This document shows positions 47,604 through 59,500 of a stretch of 64,000 nucleotides of DNA, in pieces; position 1 is the first letter of the stretch, and each line of letters begins with the position of its first letter. The stretch is from assembly GCA_002633005.1 (NCBI GenBank), contig NMRA01000066.1, forward strand, positions 124,001 to 188,000. Direction: 5' to 3'. Source of the stretch: Phoronis australis. Lineage: Eukaryota > Animalia > Phoronida. The notes beneath the pieces are model-generated. The model searched no databases. It had not been told where the DNA came from and saw only the letters and a list, made by a program, of their open reading frames with translations. Made by a program: the position numbers and the translations under genes.

Positions 47604-48747
47604 TGCTGCGTCACAAGACGTTGAGAACGTGTGAGCAAGTAAATGTCAGTTAGAAGTCACTTGTTTTCACATATGTTGGTGTCAGAGTTAAGCTGTTTAG
47701 AAAAACAGTGTCCTACCCGCTGTCGTTAGGAGACATACCTTTATTATGAACATCTAAACGCTTAATCTAAGGGTTACGATACAGTTTCACTTGTTAGTAT
47801 TATCTTAACTGTTTACATCCACTGAACTGGCAAACGGTGAATAAACGAACTTTAAGCTAACCCCTTATTCATTTTTGGAGTATCCGTATGGTGTCACCAG
47901 GCGTCGGAGACACCAAAGACATGCACAACTATCAAAGTACAACTCACGTAGCACAAAACGTTTGTTTACCTAAATGTTTGAGTGTAAGATTAAGAAACGA
48001 GAATCTATCTCCATAAACAAATATCTCAGTCACTGCACTATTTGCCTCGACAGGGAAATTTCCAACAAAACGTTTCGCACACCAAGCTGGAATTTATACC
48101 GCGTTCAGACGTGACAACAAATTTTAATTCATCTCCTTAAAAAGAGATAGAAAGAACGTCCAATCAGATGGCAGACTTGACCGTGACCACCGTCTCTAGC
48201 TGGCCAATAGTTCAACTAGAGACGGTAGTCACAGTCTAATGGCAAACTGGACAAGACTGTAGATGCGAGTGTTCACAAAGGGATCCTATCTGAAGCTACA
48301 TGAACAACAAATATAACATTGGAGTACAAAGTAGTAATGCACTGACGAATCGTGTGTGATCTGCTGGCAGAGTCTAATCACTAATCACGTGACTTCAAGA
48401 AGGCAGATCGACCTTCCGGTTTGTGGTCAGTCGAAAAGAAAGTAGATTAGACGTCTGACGAGCGTTCACAGTCAACGGTTTTCCCATAACTTCCGCTAGC
48501 ATTCGGCTTAAAACAAAACTAACTATTCAGAAAATGTTGGTGAACTAAATTGGCTAAGGATGAATAAAACAATGCAATTAAATAAATGGGAAATGACATA
48601 AGCCACTTTCATTATAATTCAATTTATCACAGTACTTCCCATGTGTATTGATTTCACTATACATCTGCTTATGACTTATTAAAGTATAAATTAATGATTT
48701 CAATAATGTTGATCTCCAGGGCTACAAGTGCAAGCCGTTTCCGTCTA

Positions 48748-48950
48748 CCGTAAACGCGCGAATTTAGGCCCATATGCCTAAATCCGAAATGATGCGTTTT
48801 TTCAATTAATTCTTATATTTAAGTGTTTTACACATAGGCGGATGCCCCCGTGTGCATCTAAGCGTGTCCATCGGTTTTACTGAAGTGTTTCACAAATTAG
48901 ATCGGTATATAGGCACAGTATGCGGTTATAAACCCAGGGTTGTAGAATTT
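48748..48950 (+). mobile_element. Left end of another Tc2/pogo-like element (right end not found)
   Basis: TA+CCGTAAACGCGCGAATTTAGGCCC terminus with repeated TAGGC/GCCTA subterminal motifs. Confidence 0.35.
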
Positions 48951-50149
48951 TAATTAATTTCGTTATTAAAATAACTTATGTGGATGCTTGTGGCTTCGAG
49001 ATTACTTTTCATGACGTTGAGAGACACTGGACCTTTTTCTGGTCATTTTCGAACAGAAATTGATGACAAGTTAGCAGCAGCGGCAGCGGCGGCGGTGGTG
49101 TAAACGGAATTTCAGGTGAGTAAATCGAATCCGAACTTACATCTACACAGACCGATTAGTCGTTCACGAAAGACTATATACGATTTTTGGACCACTGTCA
49201 ACACACACCGAATATCACACACGAAGTTGTGTAGACAGAACATACTATGGCTGGAAAAACTAAAGTTTTAATGTTTCCATGTTGCGTTGGCGATGGGAGG
49301 TGTTAAACTGACGCTTCGTGTTTCAGGCAGGGTTTGTTGTGCGTAAACTTTGAACTTATAAGTACTTAACATTTTTGTGTCATGTCGACTTTATCTAATT
49401 TGAAATGTCAACCCGTGCTCTGTTATTTTATGTGCAAATAAAAAGTTTAATGGGACTTTTAATGCTTTGAAAGCTACTTACTTAGGCAATAGGTACACAG
49501 TAGGATTTCAGTCAACTGTTAACTGCAGCTGGGTTGCGCAGTTAAAAATAAGCACTGTTGTGTGACCCTTATCAACCATAGAGTCTAAAGCAATATTCCT
49601 TAAGTTGGCAAGCGTCACTAAGCGTTGGTGGAGGATAATCCAGTTGCAAACTAACATGTCCGACTGCATTCATAAGGAGGGTGGGGACTTGAGGGGCGTT
49701 TGGTTTTTAACGTCCTTATCAAAACTGTTCGGATACATTAACCTTTAAACCCCTTCGTGGTTATGGCTGAAATTACCAAAACTGAGTTTACATGTATATG
49801 GTACAATTTTAATGAAGATTAGTTAAGCGTGGCATCTCCACTACAGTAATGCGGTGATCCTTGAGATTTGTTATCTTTGTTTTCTTTTTGCCCACCGAAA
49901 TTTCCTGTGCTAGTCAAGATAACAAATTTGTGAAATTTCCATGTAAAATCCTCACGAGGGATTAGCGCCATATTCTTAACATTACTCTTGCGCGTTTGGA
50001 GCTTAAGCCTTAAAAATCCAGATTAATCCTAGATGCCGACAGGCATGCTAATGTCAGTGTATTGCACGAAACACTGGTGTGAAAAAAAAAATTAATGGAC
50101 ATCTAGTTATCAAAAATGCATCCTTCCCAATAAGTGCATCTATGTTAAA

Positions 50150-51230
50150 GCCTCATTTATCTCAAGAATAAAAGCACGTGCGTGATCGATATTCATCCCA
50201 AGATTACCGGTACTAATTCAATGGCGTCGCTCGCACCAAGACCAACTCTGATAGTAGAAAGTCCTCCCAATTCGATAGAAAACTATTTACCAGCAGCCCT
50301 GAAGAACACTTTTAAACAAATATATGGAACTGATCTCCGCTCTTTATTGTATAACCGGTTGTTTTTACTCAGACTTTTATGATTTACATTAACTGCATTA
50401 GCTCAATCATTTTTACCATTTACTATACATTTGTACTTGTGCTTCCTGTTTATTTCATTCTTAACTTATTTCCTCTATAATTTAGTTTTATTCCTTTCGT
50501 GCCATCTTTTCAATGTCTTCCTTTTTTATCTCCCCTGTTTTAGTTTTTATGGTGTATACATATATGCATATACATGTCTCTATTGTATAATACTTCGAGG
50601 CTATTGGTCCGTCGTACAACAAATATGCGAAAAAACACTACAGTCCTAAGAAATGTATAAAAAGTGAACGTAGCTAGTTGCATATACATATCCACCAGGG
50701 GGCGCAAAACAAGAACGAGAAATGTAGCAATGATTAAAGGAGCCGACAGTTTTCTCTCTTAAAGTAGAAGCACAATAAACAAATTTTTAAATTAGTTAAC
50801 ACTAATTTAGCTTGTACATTTTCATTACAGCCGTTTAGGTTAAATTATAATTTTCAATGCTATAAATACATTCATTAGACTCAAATACAATGTTCAAATA
50901 CATCATCGTCTTATATAGCCTTTCCAGTAAAAAAGGCAAAACCGAGAAACTGACGGTTAAGATGAATGTGTCACCCAGACTCAATAGCTTATTTATGAAT
51001 TGCTGCATGCATTCTGATACCAATCCTTTATTTATCAATATATACATATTAATATAAACATATGATTATTTCATTCATTTTCTACTCTATATTTTCTACT
51101 ATATGTTTATTTCATGTCTTTCAATTGTTATCGCACGTATTTATTTTGTACAGTTTTAAGAGGGCCCTGTGGGAGAACGGTAAATTTCACTTAACATACT
51201 ACCCACTATAAATGAAGATTTCAATCATTG
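50150..51230 (+). mobile_element. Possible CR1/L2-type LINE 3' remnants
   Basis: TGTNSMASLAP...SPPNSI...TFKQ resembles a decayed CR1/L2 ORF2 C-terminus. Followed by T-rich UTR-like tracts and a stem-loop/ATAAATGAAG/TTCAATCA tail at 51160-51228. Confidence 0.35.
50692..50705 (+). promoter_or_regulatory. CTCF consensus motif
   Basis: CCACCAGGGGGCGC matches the CTCF core consensus; occupancy unknown. Confidence 0.4.
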
Positions 51231-53448
51231 AAAAATGCTGCATACATTCTGTACATTGTAACTGAAACTCGCAATAGTAGGGGCCAAATGTGCACCGGGG
51301 AATAGACATAGTGAGTGTTTTCGTTTCTTAAGTGTTTCTCATAGAGGTACAAGTGGATATTTCGGATATTATAGGCGTGCGGGTGTCTTATGGGGCGCAT
51401 AGCTGCGCCTGGCATATAAGACCTACTTGTAAATATTTAATATCTGCATTTAGAAGTGAACGCTGTAGTTGACCCTGTCTATCTGGCTAACGAAAAGTGT
51501 AGTAGGCTTTTTGCTGGCATGATATCGGTCTCATATTTTTACAACGATAGAATTGTATCTCCGTTACTAACAAGAACATCGAAACTTAAGCGACTCGAGA
51601 AAACACTTCATAGTTTAATGGCGTGACCTACCCTAAAATGCCTGTTTCGAAAATGGTGCATGCACACGTGCTCTTTGCCTGTGATTTGAGTGCGGCCAGC
51701 TCACTTGACAACAATTCAAGGTCGGATGAGCGTGGTAAAGGTTTGGTTTAGAGTTCAGCAGTGACTAACAAACATGGGCGAAATGCAAATTTAAAGCGTA
51801 TATTGTACTTCTTTGATTATCGTCACTGGCGTTATGGGCTTTTGCAATGACTAATGGGTTTTGGCACACCTAGAAAGCGCATGACCCCCGAGCTAGCTAC
51901 GCTGTGCCCTGCCTATGGCAAAAGTAATGCACCACTTTTCCTTATAGGTGGCGCTGTGACGGGGTACACATTGACATTGTTTTGTTGTCATATAAATGAG
52001 CGATTTAAGAGGAATTGATCGTTGGCCGGGGACGACGTCTCAGCGAACTGTAATACAAACGTATTTGCACACCAAAGCTCAGTATCCCCCGAGATTGTTG
52101 AAACGTAACTGACTATTTATTGCTCAAAGCTTTGAACAGTAGCATTAGATTTGTCTTCAAGAAATCAATTCCCATACATGATGCTGCAACAGTGTCAAAC
52201 GGTAGTAACTGCCTCTGGTAAGTAGGCCTATTCTGCGCTCTAAATGTGAGATTTCTTCAATTTAGGAGTTAACAAGCAACAGCAATTTTATCTGAATTTA
52301 ACTTTGTAATACGCTAGCTTTTTACCCTCAATATCTTGATTGCGGTCTCATGTCGTTGGTGAGGAAGGAATGAACGCAGCTGCTTCAGTGCAGAGGTCAC
52401 TGTTATGAATTCTATTGAAGCCTTGTAAATGCAGAGCTTTTAATTTATAAATTATTCACTGACGCCTTGATACCGGTTCATGTTGTCATTGTCATGCTCA
52501 ACTAACACTGCTGCTACAAAGATTTAAAAGTGACTTGCAACTTCACCTATGATGCCATGACGATAAACCCACGACTGTTCAGCATAGTCCTATCGTTAGT
52601 TGCTTGGACTTCGAATTGCAGTTGTAAAAATCGTAATTCCATGATGCCTATATGAATTCGTCTAATTGCAAATCATATCCGGGATCTGCAACTATCGTTT
52701 GTCTGGTGTCGCGTTACCGTGTGAGTGTGTAGAGATCACTCCTGGACATCGAAGATCTAGGATGTCGTGGATTACAACATTGAGACAGATTTCTTCCGTC
52801 AATAAACGTTGCTCGGTGCATTGTTTGGAGTGTCAACCCCGGGGTTACCCGAGTGCGCCCTGGTAATCGAGACTCAACTACTGCAGTGAATAAATCCAGA
52901 GATGAAAAGTTATGGATGTTTCGTTCAGTGTCAAATCTCGGTTTATGAAACACTGAGCTGGACAGATTTGTTTTTTTTCGAGGTCAAGTGTGCGTGATGT
53001 ATTGTATGTCTACTATTGTGATCTATATTGTTAGGCAGAGAAAAGACGTGAACAAAAGCGTGGGTCAAGATGTCGTGAAGCAGGGTGCACCTACGAGTGG
53101 CTGGTTAACGAGTTTGATATTCGCCATTCACTGTGCCAGGTCTATTCAAATTTACAACGGCCTTCTTTTCTCTCTTTGAGCGCTTTCAAGCACTACAACC
53201 ACGTTGAATACATACGTCTACGCGGCTGGGCAACATCTATTGGGTTGTGTGGCCGTGAGGCACACCTGAGTGTTTTATCAGGACGACTTTTGGCTTACAA
53301 CTGAAAAACATTGCTCGTGGATCAGTATACGCCGATGTCAACAATTACAGAAGGGTTCGGGATTTTTAACGAAATCTGAAGAACGGCAAGTAAGGTGTTC
53401 TTTGTGTGTTTATCGTGTTAGTGAGCACAATGTGTGGTCTCTCCGCCC

Positions 53449-53533
53449 CTGTGAGAGGTCTGAGTTTGTCGCTGCGGCTACGGTGTGCCCCTGTACTGTG
53501 AGAGGTCTGAGTTTGTCGCTGCGGCTACGGTGT
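53449..53533. repeat. Local direct duplication (38-bp unit, 47-bp period)
   Basis: CTGTGAGAGGTCTGAGTTTGTCGCTGCGGCTACGGTGT occurs twice. Confidence 0.9.
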
Positions 53534-55182
53534 CTCACGTACGTCCTGCAATACACTGGTTGGTAGCTTTTGCCTGAATACCCGTTGAAAACGTTTTTAG
53601 AACTGATCCAGACATCACCACAGATCTTCTAAAAGGACATGATGTGAAAAGAAATTCAAGACTTTTGCGACGCAGCGCAAAAATCATTGAATTTTTTTTT
53701 CACATCTCTGTCCTTTAAAAGCTCCACACCACACTGACATGCCGGAAGAAAATTTTATTGGGCATACTAAATCAGGATGGCGGCTTTGGCCGAGCTCAGC
53801 GTGTGCAACGTCAGGGCCGTTATTTATACGAGGTTATGTAGTCACGGTACCTTATCGAAAAGCGTGTGTTTTAAGCCAAATACATACAGAACTGTAGATT
53901 TTAACTGTGTGAACAAAAGTGTATTTTTGAAAGTTGAAGATGTTTAACCTTAGGCCTATACCAATCTGCATTAATTGGGTAACCGACCCTAGCTTTTTAG
54001 CAAAAAAGAAAGGTACATTCATAGAAAAGTAATCTTATCAGTAACCGGCGTCGCCAAAGTTCATTTTGATCAAGATAAATTGTCAAAACATTAGGTTATC
54101 ATTGCTATGCGCACATTTAAATTTATGTGGGTGCATATTACCATGATCTCTGTCCGAGAGTCCGTCGCCCGGGTGTCCGGCCTCCTATTCTGGTGCCCCC
54201 CATTGGCATTTTTGCATCTGTGGCTGTATCCCTTAAATCTTGCAAGGTCTTGAGGAAATTTGGGTACCGCCTCCTGTTAACTTGACTACTAATGGACGGA
54301 TTCGACTACCGTGTTGCCTGAATTACTTGAATTACCTTCTACGAGTGGGTTCACGGAAGATGTTGGGCACAAATCCTCTACCGTGTCGACACCAATTTTC
54401 ACCTTTGCCTCTGTGTCGGCATTTAATGAAATTTGGCAAATAGTTTTCTAATCGGGAGACGACGACATATTCCGATTTTCGAACACTTGTTTGACGTAAC
54501 TTCTGCGTCATTTAATGGTCATTTAATGGTCATTTTCATGATTGATACTACAGGCCCGTAGCCAGGGGGGGGGGGTGCGGTTCGGGGGTTCGATCGAACC
54601 CCCCGCGGAAAAGGTCCAGCCCGGTTCTATCCGTTAAAGATGGAATATAGATGGTTAACAACAACAAAATTGTTAAAGCTACTGGCACTACTAACTACAA
54701 TTATAACTAACTCAGTAATTATTTTGAATTTAGTTCATCGGGCCATACCCGGTCAATTTCCCTCGAATGGTGCTTGATGATAGGATCGTGCAGACGATTA
54801 GAAGAGGCTTTATGTTATTCATCGCCTGAACGCGCGTGTTGGCTACAATATAAAGTAACACTGGAATCTAGAAGTAAATGTCTATACCTAGATAGGCTAT
54901 ATGGCAGCGAGAGACCTCCCAAAAAGTAGTGCCATGTGAACGTCTTAAAATCGACCAAGAAACAAATTAGCAGAAAGCAGGTTTATCTGCTATTTTGATA
55001 GTGGCAGAGTACGGTAAAGAGAAGACATTTTGAAATTACCACTTTAGTTGTGGATTGATGGATGACATACATTCGTGTGCACGTGACTGCATTTCCATTC
55101 TTTAAATTGAGTACACGCCGATGATAATTAAGTTCAATATAGGCAGTCCTCCGTCGTTGCCCAAAAATCAGAAATTTAATTA

Positions 55183-55267
55183 CATGGGCGGCGCACCATA
55201 AAGGGTAGGGGTTGGGGGGAGGGTTATAGCTATAGTCCCAACTTTTTTCAGTGCTGCACCGCCCATG
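55183..55267. mobile_element. 85-bp mini inverted-repeat element
   Basis: CATGGGCGGCGCA / TGCACCGCCCATG termini. Confidence 0.55.
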
Positions 55268-55550
55268 AACTACCGTACGGTATTTTCTTGCACTAAGAAA
55301 TACCCGACGAGCATGTTCATGTTATGTAAATATCATCTTTTTCAGTGAGGCTTGGAATATGTTGCAAGCAGTTCATCCGTTCAATCCACCATCTTTTTGA
55401 TCACATGTCTATATTATTAGGGAAAAGTAAAGTCTAGACCAAGTAAAAACTTTGGTCAATGAAGATAGTCTTCTCTTATCAATCAGTGCCAATGGCGCAC
55501 TGCCTCGTAGACGTCACACGAGCGACAAACTTGATGGAAAAGATTTCCAA

Positions 55551-56340
55551 GGTTACATGTCACTATTCCAAAGGTCCACTACTCCGAATTTACTGCGAAG
55601 GTTTGCTACATTCGAAACTTCCCTACTACGAATGACCACAATTCCGAAACCATCCCTCCGACAGTTCATTACTCTGATTGTCTGCTAACGAGTCGGAAAT
55701 GACATGAGAAATGTATTGTATTCGTGCCTATTTAGTTACTATTTAAAGAGTGTAGAAAAGAAAGTTGATTACATTGTTTACAAATGAGCTCAGTTCCAAT
55801 GACTGCAAATCGTGAATCTTCAATCTAACTAACGACTCATTCAGTCTCAAGTAGGGTCAGGACTTCAGCGACCAATAGCGGCGGTTTTAACTTTAAGAAG
55901 ACGGAATGGGTCTCTGGCAGGGACAAGGTATCCTACTAACGACATTTAGTTTCGACTCGGACATGCGCGTGCTTCCGATGGGCGACTTTAGGGGCAGCGG
56001 CCCGAAACTAGCTCAGTCACGCTGTGAAATGATGCGACATTGACATGGATTTAATGAATGTATCGTGGTTGATAACTCATCAATATTCCTACATCATAAT
56101 CCTTTAAAAACTCAAGTAAGTACTCATTTTCCGTATTCGAAAAATATGTGGGCGACTTCGCATGCGCATGAGCATAGGTACACCACCTAGTGCATCTAAT
56201 AACCGAAGTGTCGTTTATTTTTAGGTAAAAGGGAATACCTGATACAACCAAGTCCGAAATTTTAGATCTTTTCGGAGTAGTGAACCTTCGGAATAGTGAA
56301 CCTTCAGAGTAGTGAACCTTTGGAATAATGGACTGTTCCC
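55551..56340. mobile_element. MITE with internally repetitive (~16-bp unit) inverted ends
   Basis: Left (GGT(T/C)CACTACTCCGAA)-type units are inverted relative to right (TTCGGAGTAGTGAACC)n units. Confidence 0.65.
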
Positions 56341-56580
56341 ATTTCCAGCGATGTAAGCAAGTTAAGTAACACGCAAAACACAACCAGATTAAAATATTCA
56401 AGTCGATCATGCTCCGATTAAATATTTCCTTCCGAATATGTAATGAGGTGTAATCACTCATTTACAGAAGCACGCCCGGTTTGAAAGGTAAGCAGGGGCT
56501 AACGCGGGAACATTTTCTTTCTGGACCACCTCATTTCTCTGTGGTATTACGAATTCCGTCTGACCTTGGGAACATATAGC

Positions 56581-59500
56581 TGAGAGTCGTCGTTGTGTTT
56601 ATAGATTTCCCTCACCCCCTAGTTATTCTGCGTCAAGGGCCTTGCCAAAAACTCTACAGTGTCGACGTTTGCAAAATATCTAAGGTTCACCGTACTAGAA
56701 ATTCGAACCAATGCAGGTTGACGGGCCTGTACTAATAAACGCCCTTAGACTGGAAGCGTGCCGTTTGGGATGCAGTCGTGGACGCTTTTCAACTGAAAGG
56801 TCTGCGTTTCTCGTTTTTCATTTCATGCTAACTTAGATTTTTTCATTACAACCATTAGAGAGTGCGTCATTGTCATTTTTTTAAAAAAAATCTCCTCGCC
56901 TCTGTCAAGTCTTATTTTAACTCACACCGCCTCGCTTCAGCTACTATCACACATTTAACTGGTGGAAAGTTATTAAGGTTTCTTTGGAAAGTACCTCATT
57001 TCTATTCCGAATTTCAGGCGAGTTGCTTGGTCTATTCTACTAAGCATTTTACAGGGAGAGACCCCTTGAAACCCTCCGCTGTTAACCTTAAAGCTACAGT
57101 GAAAATAAGACGAACACCGTTTCATCCACTGCCAAATTTTCACGTACACTGTAAACTGCCATAAATCAGCCAGAGGCTGTTTTGCAGTGCGTCCATTGAC
57201 CATCTGTGTAAGTTGTAGTAACAATAGGTAAACTTCGATCTGTGTTATTAAAACTGCGTTGAACGTGTTGACTGTTATTACCTTGAAGTGACCTTAAGCC
57301 TAGCTCACAGGTGTGTGGCTTTTGGTAAGGACATCGTCCTCGTTGTCATTTTGCGATTATTGTTTTTCACTGAGGCCAATATGTTGGTTTTAGATCTAAA
57401 AAAGTTGGGGTCAGAAAACCAACGTATTGACCGAGTGCAGTTTTATTATATGATTGCATCCGTTAGGTAATTCATGGGAGGAAGCCGTACTTGGGCTTTT
57501 GATTAAATGAGTTTTACTTGTTCGGTCAGGCAGCTGTCAGTTATTTGTTTACCCAAAACGTTGTGCAGAGAGTTGAAAACAACATTCAGGGGAACACTGG
57601 TCGCTACCCGGTCGCATGTAGGTAGATGTACCCTTTTTACCGCCAGAACGGCATTTGATTATCACGTCTTTAAGCTATAAGACTTTCCCTGTTCCTGACT
57701 GCCCAACGTCAAGAATACTGTGACCCCGCAGGACAAGCACCATTGCCTTGTCTTCCATCGAAAAAATAGGACGTAAACGCTTACACGGTGCGCAGTAAAT
57801 GCACGTGCGTAGTTGGAAAACCTCGAGACAACACGCGGCCAGCAGGAAACGTCCCTATTTGGTTGGCTAAGACGTCACAGAGACGCGGAATTCTGAGTTC
57901 GTTCAAGCTACATCTCAAGAATAGCCAAGTGGAATTATTGATTCCAAAAATGGTTATATGTCGAAAAACTATAGACTTCACATTTGAAAGCTTGCAAACC
58001 CTTGCTTTACCTAATTAGAGTGAAGACTGGTTGAATGACCCAAGCTGACGCATGTTTAATCTTGAAAAAAATTGGATTTCAGCTCGAGCACAGCTGAGAA
58101 ATTTAGAAAATTCGGGTGTGGACCATGGGATTAATTCCTAGTTTGCAGAGTGTAAGCTCGTCGATTTAGGAGGTGAATAGAATAAAATGAACGGGGAATG
58201 CGATGGAGACGACTGTCAAGATGTCAAAGCCTCAAAATTTGACTGGATTATAACCTAAATTTTTCAATTTATTCCAAAATATTTTATACGACGAAATTCT
58301 TTTGTATACGACACGTCACGCGGAAATTGACGAACATATTATTGAAAGAGAATGATCGCCATCTACGTGTCCTCGGCGTGCACGCACTAAAGACCGCGCA
58401 AACGATGTGAATTGAAAGTCGATAATTTTTTAGCCGTGGAAAACACATGTTTGTACAATTATAGCTTATTGGTGGGAACTGCGATGCCTTGATGCAGGTT
58501 TTCGCTCATCTGGTGGTTTACATTTTGCAGTTAATCAAAAACAAATGTGACGTCAGGATAAGGATGGAACAAAAGGGCTATGTGGTAGCATTCACTTATA
58601 TTTTTTCTTCCCAAAATCTTATTTTTAGACCGGTGTTATAAAAAGAGTTTGTTTTTCTTGACTACTCGAGAGCTAAATTTTAGAAGTCCTCTAAGTTTGG
58701 CAATATTTTCCATTTACGTCGTCATTGGCATGTTCAGGATTTTAATCCTTAAAAGTAATTATCTAAATGCAATAGTTTTATAACAAAATCAACATCGAGG
58801 TCGTGATCAGATGGCTTCCTAACCGTAAATGCTGTGCAAGGTTCGACCTTTTGCAAAGAAACCCCCGACACAATTTTGTCTTTCGGGAAGATAAGATTAT
58901 TGGAGGGCACAGACAAGTTCGACTTGGTCAAACTCTGCCTCTGCTTTGGTCGTCAAAACTTTGGCTCCGCCCTCCCCCGTCGTTGCCAATATCGTATNNN
59001 NNNNNNNNNNNNNNNNNNNNNNNNNNNNNNNNNNNNNNNNNNNNNNNNNNNNNNNNNNNNNNNNNNNNNNNNNNNNNNNNNNNNNNNNNNNNNNNNNNNN
59101 NNNNNNNNNNNNNNNNNNNNNNNNNNNNNNNNNNNNNNNNNNNNNNNNNNNNNNNNNNNNNNNNNNNNNNNNNNNNNNNNNNNNNNNNNNNNNNNNNNNN
59201 NNNNNNNNNNNNNNNNNNNNNNNNNNNNNNNNNNNNNNNNNNNTGAGAGTCGTCGTTGTGTATATAGATTTCCCTCACCCCCTAGTTATTCTGCGTCAAG
59301 GGCCTTGCCAAAAACTCTACAGTGTCGACGTTTGTAAAATATCAAAGGTCTAGCGTCATTCGTTTGAGTGGTCTATCCTATATATATATAGGATAGACCA
59401 CTCCAACGATTGACGTCAGTGGTATACCCTATATATATATAGGGTAGACCGTTTAATGAATATGCAAGTGTGGCATTGTCTGGGCAATACCTTATTAAGT

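Larger units (their letters stand above)
54551..56711 (+). mobile_element. Probable hAT-like composite element with nested MITEs, truncated just before its right TIR
   Basis: Left end CAGGCCCGTAGCCAG-G run-GGGGTTCGATCGAACCCC; the right part matches 30838-31463, whose copy retains the complementary terminus. Confidence 0.55.
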
